This document shows positions 47,760 to 60,689 of a stretch of DNA of 64,000 bases, piece after piece (the stretch's first letter is position 1; each line of letters starts with the position of its first letter). Source of the stretch: Ranitomeya imitator (lineage: Eukaryota); the NCBI RefSeq assembly GCF_032444005.1, contig NC_091290.1, forward strand, positions 129,332,001 through 129,396,000, in the 5' to 3' direction. The translations under genes and the position numbers were made by a program. Below the pieces are notes generated by a model. The model did no database searches and was not told the origin of the DNA. It worked only from the letters and a program-made list of their open reading frames with translations.

Positions 47760-49310
47760 AGAATTAGTTACGGTCTATATTGGAAGACAATATATGCCAC
47801 TCCATGAGAAGGATGGTGCTTGAGTCAAAATCCAATCTGTGAAGTATGTATATAGAGAGTCGACGAAAGGTGATAAAGATTTATTGAAGCGATCCAAAAG
47901 CGAATTTACTAGGACAACATCTTCTCGATATGAATGTTTGCCCTTGTTAAAAAAAAGCTTAATGACCTCCTGTGCTAGCATCGTTCCAGCTTTGTCAAAA
48001 CTGGTGTTCCAGGGACTCAGGTGAGCCCGATACCCAATCAGCACTGGGGTCACTGTCCCCGTCTTTGGATGTAAACGAAATCAAGAGCAAGTGAGAGCTG
48101 CGGCTGGCCACTCAACTTTTTCTTGATTTCTAATATGTTCGAAATCGGGGACAATGACATCAGCATTGATTGGACATAGGTCTCACATATCATGAGAACC
48201 TCATGTGAGCTCCAGGGATGAAAGTGCCGACACCACTGAAACGGTGGTCAAAACGGGAGGTGAGCATAAGCTTTTTTCCCTTTTACGAGGGCAAACATTC
48301 AGATCGAATAGGAGTTGTTCTAGTAGTAGACAATCACGTTAATGTTTTGCTCCTATGTTCGGGTCCCTCATCAGAATTAAATGCCTTTACAGGTGCCTCT
48401 GTGGTTGCTTTTCTACAGCGAATTCTGTTATGAACTGGTGATTTAGAACCACAATGGACCTGGTGGTTAAGAGCACAGCAAATGACCTGATAGTTACTAA
48501 TAACATAGGACGAGCTCTGAGACATGGGAACTCTGCTGACCGCAATCCCTAATCCTATCACACTACACTAGAGGTAGCCGTGGAGCGCTCCTAACCAGAC
48601 CTAGGCGCCTCGGGCACAGCCTGAGAAACTAGCTAGCCCTGAAGATAGAAAAATAAGCCTACCTTGCCTCAGAGAAATTCCCCAAAGGAAAAGGCAGCCC
48701 CCCACATATAATGACTGTGAGTAAGGATGAAAATATAAACACAGAGATGAAATAGATTTTAGCAAAGTGAGGCCCGACTTACCGAATAGACCGAGGATAG
48801 GAAAGATAGCTTTGCGGTCAGCACAAAAACCTACAAACAACCACGCAGAGGGCACAAAAAGACCCTCCGCACCGACTAACGGTACAGAGGTGCTCCCTCT
48901 GCGTCCCAGAGCTTCCAGCAAGCAAGACAAACCAATATAGCAAGCTGGACAGAAAAAATAGCAAACAAAAGTAACACAAGCAGAACTTAGCTTATGCAGG
49001 GCAGACAGGCCACAAGAACGATCCAGGAGAGAGCAAGACCAATACTGGAACATTGACTGGAGGCCAGGAACAAAGAACTAGGTGGAGTTAAATAGAGCAG
49101 CACCTAACGACTTAACCTCGTCACCTGAGGAAGTAAACTCAGAAGCCGCAGCCCCACTCACATCCACCAGAGGAAGCTCATGGACAGAACCAGCCGAAGT
49201 ACCACTCATGACCACAGGAGGGAGCTTGACCACAGAATTCACAACAGAATTCTACATGTGCAACTCTTACATACAGCAATCCATTACATTCTGGAACATA
49301 GGAACAAAAT
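47760..49310 (-). pseudogene. Possible L1-like ORF2 endonuclease fossil, interrupted by a solo LTR
   Basis: The minus strand gives FFNKGKHSYREDVVLVNSLL, resembling the H.SYSRID..L motif, and weak WNV..L / QETHL-like remnants around the LTR. Heavily decayed. Confidence 0.4.
48426..49246 (-). mobile_element. Solo LTR, family A-related
   Basis: The reverse complement starts TGTTGTGAATTCTGTGG and ends TTCATAACA. It is flanked by GAATTC (48420-48425 and 49247-49252) and is homologous to 4686-5488. Confidence 0.95.
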
Positions 49311-49586
49311 GTAAATGTAATTTTGGTTTTGGATTGTTTCCATAAATCTTTATCATCTCTTCTGCTTAATGCTGAGTACCATGTTTCCATATGTATATGG
49401 AATGAGTTGGGAGTGATTTACCTAATAATCAAATTTTAGAGTAATGACTCCAAATCTTTCTTACCATGAGAGCCACATTCCACTCTGAGAGATGGTCACA
49501 AGCCACATTCAGTGCCTTCTCCGCTTATTGTAGTGACACCCAGAGTCTGGTATAGAGACAGCCAAATCTTCATCACAAAAACACAC

Positions 49587-50274
49587 TGTCATGGGTTTTA
49601 CCACGAAAGAGAGGAGCCAGAAAACTGCTCTATCTGATTTCTTGCATCCTGCACTCATTAGAAGAACTTGACCTTCATATTAAACAGGCAGGTTTCTGCT
49701 ATCAGGGCAGGAGTTAATCTGTTCTGCTGAGAGCTCCTGGAGGTTTTTCTGCATTGATGCTCTCAGCTATTCAGTATTTACTACTCCCCTCTCCTATATA
49801 TATTTCACCTCTGGTGACCAGGCCTTGCCAAAGTTAGTTCTATACTGCATGGTTATGGAGTTAGAGGTGTTGGTCATTTGAGGAGTTGTTTAGGGCATTG
49901 TTCAGAAGACTGTTGCTTGGTGATTTGTCTATGTGCATATCCTCATCCTCTCCTATTTGGTTTCCCTTCCTTTACTTCCCAATGTTCTACTCTGTTGTTT
50001 GTGAGTGCATATTTGTATCATTGATATTTTCATTTATCCTTGTACATCTTCCCTTGTTTGTCTGGTTTTGTGTATTCATATACACAACAACTCCCCACTT
50101 TCATGGGTGGGGGACTGGATAGATAAGGGATGATTCAGGAGCTTAGTAAGGCACGTGGCTCCGGTGTCTTCACCATTAGAAGTAATCCCGGGAAAGGGAT
50201 ATCTAGGGCGCCCCAGCTTTACTGATAGGGGAGGAGCTCCTACCCCTGGGATATTTTGCTACTGTGCTACGACA
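49587..50274 (+). mobile_element. Probable solo LTR of another family
   Basis: TGTCATG...TACGACA termini and LTR-like composition with a T-rich middle. The TSD is only partial (cacac/cacct). Confidence 0.5.
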
Positions 50275-50899
50275 CACCTAAAGAGCTTGTGTCCCCTCTT
50301 TTTTAAGCAACATATTTCCAGTAGTGCCCATTTTACCTACATTGAGTATTCGTGCATCAAGCATTCCCACCATACTATTGCATCCAGCTTCAAGCACCAC
50401 TTTGACTGATTTTATATTCCTGCATCCATCTTAAGATATTTAGCCAACCACTCAGTATGTGTGCATCCATAACTGCTGTTTTTGTGCGGGGCTACTGAGA
50501 AAAGTTACCATTTGTAGAGATACGCTTGTCATAGCTGTTTGCAAGATCTGGTGCTAATGCATCAATCTGGTAGACTGACCCGAGCCACATATCATGGACC
50601 CGTGAGTCATATGAGGACTCCTAGAGTGTAAAGACTTCATAAACATTACACTAATGTTGGCTACACCCACTAACACTGACAGATTAATGTGTATGAGGGT
50701 GCCCCTAAGCTATTGGCCAACATGTCATTTGTCAGCTCTGTCAAAGAAAACACGTGCACTCACCTGATCGAGCTCTCCTGTGTATGGTAGAGTTGGCTCA
50801 ACTTTTTAAATGGTTCAAGGAGTTTTTCGGTTTCAGTACCACCATAATTCTACTGACTTAAAAGAATCATGTTACCCCATCATTTTAATTCACAATGGA

Positions 50900-51156
50900 C
50901 TCTGTCAAAACAAGGCTTGAAAAACAATGGCAGAATTGCTATTTTTTCAAAATTTTAACTGGAATTGTTTCTCCTTTTTGCAGTACACGATAGAGTAAAA
51001 TGAATGGTGTCACTGAAAGCTGCAACTCGTTCCCTCAAAAAAAAGCCTTCATAAAGTTTTGTTGGTGTAAAAATAAATAATGATGGCTCTTGGAAAAAGA
51101 GGAAGAAAAATCGAAACTGCAAAAATAAAAAAATCACTGAGACTTTAAGGCATTAA
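50900..51156. mobile_element. Old decayed piggyBac-like MITE right end
   Basis: Similar to 42090-42287 and ends aaggcattaa. Confidence 0.45.
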
Positions 51157-51228
51157 ATAGTCTGTCTTCTACTTTTGTTTCTATTAAAAATAAGCACATA
51201 AAAGTCTTAAAAATATATTTGCTGTATA

Positions 51229-51754
51229 CAGCTCTGGCAAAAATGAAGAGACCACCACATCAAAACCCTGTCATGGCCAGCCCAATCTCCAGACCTGAAC
51301 CCCATTGAAAACCTCTGGAATGTAATCAAGAGGATGATGGATAGTCACAAGCCATCAAACAAAGAAGAACTGCTTACATTTTTGAGCCAGAAGCAGACTG
51401 GTGGAAAGCATGCCAAGACGCATGAAAGCTGTGATTAAAAATCATGGTTATTCCACAAAATATTGATTTCTGAACTCTTCCTGAGTTAAAACATTAGTAC
51501 TGTTGTTTCTAAATGATTATGAACTTGTTTTCTTTGCATTTTTTGAGGTCTGAAAGCACTGGGGTTTTCATTTTGACCATTTCTCCTTTTCAGAAAAAAA
51601 ATACAAAATGTATTGCTTGGAACTTCGGAGACATGTTGTCAGAAGTTTATAGAATAAAAGAACAATTTACATTTTACTCAAAAATTTACCTATAAAGAGA
51701 AAAATTAGACAAACTGAACATTTTGCGGTGATCTCTTAATTTTTGCCAGAGTTG
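51229..51754 (+). mobile_element. Internally deleted Tc1 element
   Basis: TA|CAGCTCTGGCAAAAATGAAGAGACCAC...GGTGATCTCTTAATTTTTGCCAGAGTTG|TA, with an internal WPAQSPDLNPIENLW remnant. Confidence 0.92.
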
Positions 51755-52069
51755 TATATACCTACAGGAATCCTTTGGCTGTCAGTGTTAGTTTGAGTCA
51801 GCGTTCTGCACAGAATGGTATGCCTCATTACAAATTTTAAAACAGCATGAAACATCTGTCAACGCACTGTTGGTATCTACTGATTTACCATTGTTTCTGG
51901 TTGGATACGGTTCTAAGAGACCTCAGAGTGTTACAAACATCTTTTCGGGACAATCGTAGTCTTTACAGTACTTCCAATTCAAAGTGAATTGACTAATTAC
52001 AAACTAATTTTTTTGGAAAAAAGGTATCTAACACATATTTTAATTCAAAATATTCGATCACATCACCTC

Positions 52070-53620
52070 TGCCCTGAACCTATATTTTGAGTATTTCTAT
52101 CCTCTACCGAAAGACGACTCACAAGTTTTATCTCAATGTAGAATGATATAATGATATAATTCGGGCATTCAATGCTTCTAACTGAAAAGATGGAATGTTG
52201 ATCTTTCTTTACCAGCCTTGATTTTCTTGAAAGAAGGAGCAGTAACCAGTCCATAATAAATATTTCACTGTAAATGACACACAGCCCTAAAGTGTCCATC
52301 TAAGCTATTGAGATTTCATTTAACTTGTCAACGACGTAGACTTTCGTAGATCAATAAACCACCACTTGTATTTACAACTCCACGGGGAGTTTCTCCCTTT
52401 CCAAGATCTCCATGTTTGTAACACAATCTTCTATGATATACTGGACGTTGGAAAGGTTTGTGCCCTTTTTTTGCTGTGCTTTTTGCTATGGTGTACAGAT
52501 CTGTTGAGCTTTTTAAAGGGGTTCTCTCAAGATCATAAATACTAGCAACTTGGCAAATTAGAGGTCAATAAATCCTTCTCCATTCTCAAGATTTTAGAGA
52601 GCTCTTTAATTTTATTCTTTATTGCTCCATTGGTGGACGGTCACTCAGACAAAGATGTAATCCGGCCAGCTTCAGTGCCCCTCCTGCACTGCTTCGTTGC
52701 TGCTCCTGTTTACAGCATCGGAGAGCACCATGTTGGAACCAGGGTGGAGACCATGTGACTGTTCCAAACTGTCAACAATCAGGAGCGCACATTCCTTCCC
52801 CACAGCAACCAGGAACCCAGTAGGTTTGGAAGCACTACATTATTTAGTTGCAATATTGAGACAACCTCTTAAATTAAAAAATATCAAAGTGCTAAAAAAA
52901 TGGCTTCATTTCCAACCATCCCAGATCCAACAGAACATTTTCGCTTTGGCTCTCTGTTCCAAACTACTTTGGATGCACTGATTGCAGTGGAAAAACACAC
53001 AATACCGATTAATCATATAGTATCATAGATCCTAAAAAATATAATTATGGAAAAATAAAAAAAAGAAGAGCAACAAAGAGCGAATGCCATCAAGTAAAAG
53101 AAATTTCATTTGCATGGTAATTCGATGTTGCCTCCATTTGTCAATCGTATCCTCTTGCACATGGTCAATGGTAGACCTCCATTGCCTTCTGGTTGTGCTG
53201 TGGAGCAAACATAAAATCTAATAACAGTCCTGGTATTTTACATCACTAGCATGTCAATTTTACCCTGAAAATCTGCCCGAAGATTCACTTTTCAGTCATG
53301 GCACATTGCAGTCAAGCATGTAGTAAAAGTGAGGTTAGAGCGTGGAGGTTCATTTCACACTTTGGAAGTGACAGAATGGTCCCCTATTGACATCAGCTCA
53401 CTATTTGCCAATTGGTACCTCTTTAATTGATCCATTCTCTATTTTGGTGCAGAATGGAACATCCAATGGGTTTTGAGTTACCTTTGGATTTTCAGTCGTC
53501 TGAACCCCACTAAATGTTACATCTTCATTTTCCTCTGAGTCTGCTAACAAATAGAATACTTCCCTCTTTAGCTGATAGTCAACCATAGCAAAGTCTATGC
53601 TTGTCAACCTGGTAGCTACT
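52070..53620 (-). pseudogene. Possible highly decayed piggyBac-type transposase
   Basis: An acidic N-terminal ORF (LADSEENEDVTF) and faint downstream motif resemblances, with many stops. The assignment is tentative. Confidence 0.3.
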
Positions 53621-55530
53621 CCATTGTCCCTGTTGGTATCCAGGGATAACTTAAGTTAGAAGCTTAAAGGAAGTCTGCTAGCTCAAATTGAGTGTGCAAA
53701 CCAAGCACAGGTGCTCGGTGCACCCTTGGCTTGACCAAGAAGTTCAATATTGGGTTTTTGTCCTGAAGAAGAGATGATGCGTGACCTTGAAATGTGTTGA
53801 CGATTAAACCTATTCAGAATAAACTATTTTTCAAAGCAGTCGGCATCCTGATTTTCTCAGCTTTAGACCCATATTTTCTTCTACTGGTTGATGGTCCTCT
53901 TTGGTCTATGGACCCGTGTCCTGTTTCAGCTGGTTTATGTGTTGAGTGTGTTGCTAATTTGCAACCCCACCAGGTGAGTTAGCACCCGCATTTGGTTTCT
54001 CACTGTGTTACCAGTTAAGACGCTATTGGGCTTGTGTTTGTTCCCCAGCTTCTAACCTAACATTTCACTACTAAGCAAGAGGAGCACATTGCTAGATGGA
54101 AAATAAGTTGGTAGGAACATGCTCTGAGCTGCTCAGACAAGCCAAGGTGAGCTTGTGCTTCTTTTGAACAGCCATTTTGTACTGAGAGACTCCCATTAAA
54201 ATTGGGCAAAAATTCTAACTCTCATTAGATCAAATTTATGTTTCAGAACGCTTCAATCAATGAGTACATGTCTTTACCAATGTTAGATGACCGATTCTGC
54301 CGAGATTCGAGTTCTGTAAAAATAAAAAATTTAACAGAGGAATTCAATTTGTGTTCAAGTTGTTTATTGAATTGAATGTTCTATATAATTCTCTACAACA
54401 AAAAAAGAATAAAGAATACTGCATTCACTGCTAACCTGTCCAGCAGCTACTGCATGCTCCGATAACACCATATCCAATCAGGTTTACTCATCACTATTAG
54501 AGACCCCTCTCCCAATTAACTTACATTTAGCTTCCTTGACATGATTGTTTTATATTTTTGGCTTATCATCTATGATTGATATACAATAACGCAGCTTTGA
54601 GATCCCGGGAACGTTTTCTTGGCATGCACATAAAACATAATCATTTTAATGATGCAAGTCGGTTTAAAGTAAAAACAAAAAAATAATAGCTAGACACACA
54701 CTGTAAAATGATTATTGGAAGTCATGTGTAATTGCTGCCACACTGTGTATTTTTTATACTTCGCTATTACATGGCAGTATGTGCCAAATCAAGCCCGACT
54801 TGGCACTTTGATTGAAAATGAAGATCTGCCTCCGTTACATCCACTGGGACCAGTACAAAGCGAAGCCAAATTATGAGCAGGCATCCGACCTAAAACATTT
54901 TATGCTGTTGAGATTTTAAGTAATCACATAATAACATGGTTTTTGACTGGTGTCTATAAAAAGCAAAAAGATATAAAATACACATCTAGCAAATAATTGA
55001 AGAGTTTCGCAAAATGGCAAAAAAATGGATGATGATGACTTAAAGGATATTTTTTGACTAATATAGCCACAGGCTACAATCACATATCTGTGTCTAGTTT
55101 TACGTCCGTGTAAGGCCGGGTACAGTCAACGTTGTATTGCCTCAACTGGGAGGATCAGCGAAATAATTATGCAAATGAAACTCTGGTCAAACTCTGATCA
55201 GCATAGTGTGATCCGATCCTATAGCATGAGGAGGAGATGGAGAAAAAAATGTCTCCATCTTCTCCATTGTATCAGTCTGTGGAAATTGGACTGCACTCAG
55301 ATATCTTCAGTGCAGTCGGATAATTTCCACTGACTCATTGACTTGAGCAGTGCAATCAGAATCTTGGATGAAATTTGGGTATGCAGAATATTATTTCTCC
55401 AACTAAGTACACACAGATACAGGGGGATTAATAGAGTCATATCCCTCCACTTTGGAATGCCAAGGAGGTTTATTGGAGGTACTGTTATATACCCCATGTG
55501 AAATAGGAATTCTTTTGCTCAAGCACACAA

Positions 55531-56387
55531 TGTTAGGGGTCGAGTTCCCGCCTCTGCACAGGGGGAATCTCGGGCCATCTCCGCTGCGGTCTCCCATTCT
55601 TCTCCTGCCACAGTGGAGCCTGCTCAGCGGAGACGTCGGTCCCAGTGTCTCCCTCAGTCTGACTATGTACAAAGAGTTACTGCTGCTTTTCCTGCTTCTG
55701 CCATTGGAGTCAGTGCTGGGCAGCGGCGAGCAGACGTTTCTGGGACTAAGTCCTGCTTTTCTCGTTCTGAGCATGCCCAGAGTAAGATCTCTCAGTGGAG
55801 ATCAAAGGTCACATGATCAGATACTGTAGCTAAGGCCATTGGTCCTTCAGGAAGGTCCTGTAGGTGCTCACACTCTGTGGCAGCCTCTCATTGGTCCTTC
55901 TAGGAAGGTCCTGTACGTGCTGCAACTATTTAAGGCTCGCATGGCCGCACGGCCATGCGCTAGTATTGTTCTATGCTATGTGCTTTGCGCCAGTGTAGTC
56001 ACGTAAGAGTGTGTTCAGGGACCCGGCTGAAATAAGCCCCTAGAATGCTGGCACCTCCGTCGAGGAGATTGTGTTTGTATGTATTCAGGGACCTGGTTGA
56101 AATAAGCCCCTAAAATGCTGGCACCTCCGGTGAGGACTTTTGTGTGCATGCGTGACCACTGACTTCTCTCTGTGTGGGCAGTTAGCCTGTGCCTCTGTGG
56201 AGTCTAACAGGGAACAGTGCTTTGCTTTCACGGCTACTCGGGGGAATTAACTGAGTTAGTCTATACCGCCATATAGTGCTGCCATTTGCTAGCAGCAGGT
56301 TCTCCTGCACGGTGGACCCCGTCTGCGAATGCACCAATGACAATAAAAACATCTATATTTACTCGGTGCGTTCTGCTAGCCCTAACA
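55531..56387 (+). mobile_element. Solo LTR, family B-related
   Basis: TGTTAGG...CCTAACA with a 5-bp TSD carrying one mismatch (CACAA/CACAG). Internal tandem duplication at ~56015-56140. Confidence 0.93.
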
Positions 56388-57317
56388 CACAGGGATACTT
56401 TTTTCATTATATATACAGCCAATAGTTAGGAATACCCTGTGGTAATGAAGTCCCTCATTATAGGACCAAGCACCCTTGTTTTAATGTAATTTCATGTTTT
56501 TTAATAATTATTTTTAAAAGTGATATTTTATACACAAGTACTACTTGGGGATCTTTTTCTTATTGTCAATTGATTACCATAAGTGATAAAACGTTGAACA
56601 TAGTAGTACATAACCCAAGATGTGATGGGTGACATCATTTCGGGCATTTCATTGTGAATACGTTTTTCTATTGTGCCATCTATTTTACCATTGTGTAGAA
56701 TTTCGTTTTTTTCTGTTCGATTTGCCTCTGCAGCATCAGGGAAAATCAATCTGCACATTTTCAGAGCAGCACTTACAAGCTCTACCGGAAAGCACAAAAT
56801 TTATTAAAGCATCACATTTATTTGTAGGTCACAACATGAAAAAGTAAAGCTTAAAAAAACATGACGCGTTTGGAGCTACACTAGCTCTTAATCATGACCA
56901 TTTTTTTCACGGTTCACTTGCTTTGGAAACCAGCCCGAAGATTCCGTGCACCGCACCCTCATTCTGGGCATTTCTCAACCCAGTGAGCTGATGATTTTAT
57001 CAGAAAGAGCTTGTAAGCGCTGCACATCTTGCCCAGGAATTAGTCAACTGCTGAATATCCAAGACATTGAGCAGTAGATTCTGAAATTAAAAATCTCTCC
57101 TTTTTGGAAAACAGAGAGGATCTTTAAAATCAAGTCATGTTTTTACAAGCACTTTGCAATTTCATCTACTTATGATGATGAGAAAAACGCTTGTATAACC
57201 AAAGCACTTTTGCTATGTCTTTTTAGAAGCTGTATGTATTCTGATGATTTTTTTTTAACTTTTTTTAAGAGCTACATATTATGTTGGAGGTATACATTGC
57301 AGTTAGTGGTCTCTTAT

Positions 57318-57392
57318 TTCTTATTATTATTATTATTATTATCATTATCACTATTCTTATTCTTATTCTTCTTCTTATTATTATTATTATTA
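57318..57392. repeat. (TTA/TTC)n microsatellite
   Basis: Imperfect trinucleotide tract. Confidence 0.9.
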
Positions 57393-58953
57393 CACACCTT
57401 AATGTAAACGCACAAAGATATAGGTTTTATTTTGACCCCCTATTTTTTTTTTAAATTGAAATACAAATAAAATGTTTAAAAAAAATGTAAGCAATGTTGC
57501 CTGTCCTTCTTTGCATGATGATACCAAACACATAACCAATGATAAATACAATCAGTGTTTTATCAGCAGGAAAATGTCACTAGAGGACTAGGTTTCAGGT
57601 GCAGACCAGTCCAGCTAATCTATGTAACTCCGCCCTCACCACTGATTGGCAGCTCACTGACAGTGTAAGCAGGAAGCTACCAATCAGTGGTGTGGGCGGG
57701 GTTATACACAGCTCAGCAACTATAGTATTTCTACATTAACAGCTGAGAAAACAGGGATTTTATAATAAAATGCATCAAGTAGCCCAGTAAGTGACACATC
57801 GCTAGAATCAGGCTATCGGTTACTACATTAAAACTCTCTTAGATTCCATAGCAAAAACTTGCTGCCAGATTCTCTTTAGTTGGTTAATATTACAATGAGT
57901 TTCCTAAACCTGACAATTCATTTTGTAAATTTTGGGAAACGTTAAAAAACACAGGTGGTTTCTAAAAAGTTGCTTTTTGGTTTTTTTTGTATTTTGTTGA
58001 ATACCAGGTAACAATGAGACATGTAGGTCTTGGGTTTGGGCTTCCATTAATGTAGTATAATATATAAGTAAACCTAAAAGTAATTTGCAGTTGCAATCTG
58101 TAACCCACTAAAAGTTTTTAGCAATCAGGTTTCTTTTCTTCGACAGTCAGTTAGCCAGTTTGATGATTGCTTTGAAATAACGGCGTGAAGACATAGGATA
58201 ATTAGGAGATGAGTTGTCTTACATTGAGGTTGACCTTACAAGATGAATGAACCGAAAATTAAATCACAGGAATTAAAGTTGATGCAAATACCCTGAAATC
58301 CTCTGATTATACTGACTATATTCTTCTACCTTTCAGAATTTTTTTTCTCGAGCAACTTGTCTGCTTCTTGAGACATGAAACGCTTTCGACTAATTTACAT
58401 TTACTTACATTGTTCTTCCAGTAACAGCAAAATATTGCTGTCATTCGGCAGCTTTGGTTTCTAAAAAAGAAAAGAAAGACCTTAGACCTCAATTTCGCTC
58501 ATTATAATAAATCAATTTCAAGCTCATTTATGCTTAATCTCCAGTGGAAATTTGCATCGGCCAATCAGAACTGAAGAAGCACCTCGGGGGAGATCAAGAG
58601 TCACATAAAAATTCAAGAGAAAATTCACACAATAAATCAGTAAAACTAGGGCTGCCGTGATGGAGATTCTAAACACAACTAAATTATATTAAAATCCTTT
58701 AAATCGCGCTCCGGGCAAACGTGAAGTAATCTTGAGAATTGTAATATACCAAACAGACATCACAAACTGGAGGATTTTTGTGTCTTATTACTTTTTTTAT
58801 TTTTACCAAGAGTAAATGTTTATTGCATGGATAGAATAAAGTAGTAGACGTGTTCCTCCAGAAACAGGAAAGGGACAATCATTGAAAGGGTTGTCCCAAG
58901 TTTAAAAATGGAAAGATTTTTGTGTTTATATATATATATATATATATGTATAT

Positions 58954-59869
58954 TGTTAGGAGTCAAGTTCCCGCCTATGCACAGGGGGAATCTCGAGCCA
59001 TCTCCGCTGCAATCTCCCATTCTTCTCCTGCCACAGTGGAGTCTGCTCAGCGGAGACGTCGGTCCCAGCGTCTTGCTCAGTCTGACACTGTGCAAAGGGT
59101 TACTGCTGCCTTTCCAGCTTCTGCCATTGTAGCCAGTAATGGGCAGACGTCTTTGGGATTAAGTCCTACTTTTACCCTTCTGAGCATGCCCAGGGTAAGA
59201 TTTCTCATTGGAGATCAAGGGTCACATGCTCAGGTACTGCAGCAATTCCCATTAGTCCTCTAGGAAGGTCCTGAAGTTGCTCAAGTTCTGTGGCAGCCTC
59301 CCATTGGTCCTTTTGGGAAGGTCCTGTGGATGCTGCAGTTATAAAAGGTTCGCATGACTGCACCGCCATGCGCTAGTATCAATCTATGTTATGTGCTTTG
59401 CGCCAGTGTGGTTATGTGTGTATGTATTCAGGGACCCGGCTGAAATAAGCCCCTTGAATACCGGCACCTCCGGTGAGGAGATTGTGGGTTGTGTATGTAT
59501 TCAGGGACCTGGCTGAAATAAGCCCCTAGAATACCGGCACCTCTGGTGAGGAGATTGTGGGTTGTGTACGTATTCAGGGACCCGGCTGAAATAAGCCCCT
59601 AGAATACCGGCACCTCCGATGAGGAGATTGTGTGTTTGCATGACCACTGACTGCTATCAGCTCGGCACTTAGCTTATGCTCCTGTGAGTCAAACAGGGCG
59701 CAGTGCTTTCCTTTCACGGCTACTCTGTGAAGTAACAGAGCTAGCTTATACCACCAAATAGTGCCACCATTCACTAGCAGCAGGTTCCTCCTGCACAGTG
59801 GACCCCGGGCTGCGAACGCACCAATAATAAACATCTATATTTACTCAGTGCGTTCCGCTAGCCCTAACA
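58954..59869 (+). mobile_element. Solo LTR, family B-related, inserted next to a (TA)n tract
   Basis: TGTTAGG...CCTAACA, TSD TATAT/TATAC, and three internal ~70-bp tandem copies at ~59420-59630. Confidence 0.93.
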
Positions 59870-60010
59870 TATACAGTATATATATTTATTTTTTTTTAAT
59901 GAATTTATGTTTTACTAAAATGTATATTTTTACATGACTGTGATACAGCAGCAAAGACCCATAAATATTTTGTCTTGTTTATGTTGTTTTCTCTTAAAAC
60001 ACCTCTCCAG

Positions 60011-60689
60011 TAGTGTTGAGCATTCCGATACTGCAAATATCGGGTATCGGCCAATATTTGCTGTATCGGAATTCTGATACCGAGTTCCGATATTTTTGCG
60101 ATATCGGAAATTGGAATCGGAAATGTTCCCAGTCATCTTCGGCGTGTGCGGTGCGTATGGTTCCCAGGGTCTGAAGGAGAGGAAACTCTCCTTCAGGCCC
60201 TGGGATCCATATTCATGTAAAAAATAAAGAATAAAAATAAAAAAATATGGATATTCTCACCCCTCCGACGAACCCTGGCTGTCACCGCTGCAAGAGTCTG
60301 CCTCTGTTCCTAAGAATGCAGAGAGTGGAGGACCTTCGATGATGTCGCGGTCAGGTGACATCATCGAAGGTCCTTCACTCTCTGCATTCTTAGGAACGGA
60401 GGCAGACTCTTGCAGCGGTGACAGCCAGGGTTCGTCGGAGGGGTGAGAATATCCATATTTTTTATTTTTATTCTTTATTTTTTACATGAATATGGATCCC
60501 AGGGACTGAAGGAGAGTTTCCTCTCCTCCAGACCCAGGGAACCATACAGGATAGCTTCCGATACTTGTGTCCCATTGACTTGCATTGGTATCGGGTATCG
60601 GTATCGGCGATATCCGATATTTTTGGGATATCGGCCAATCCCATCCGATACCGATACCTTTGAGTATCGGAAGGTATCGCTCAACACTA
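60011..60689. mobile_element. hAT-like foldback MITE
   Basis: TAGTGTTGAGC...GCTCAACACTA with a perfect 8-bp TSD CTCTCCAG (60003-60010 and 60690-60697). Long internal palindrome at ~60160-60540. Confidence 0.93.
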
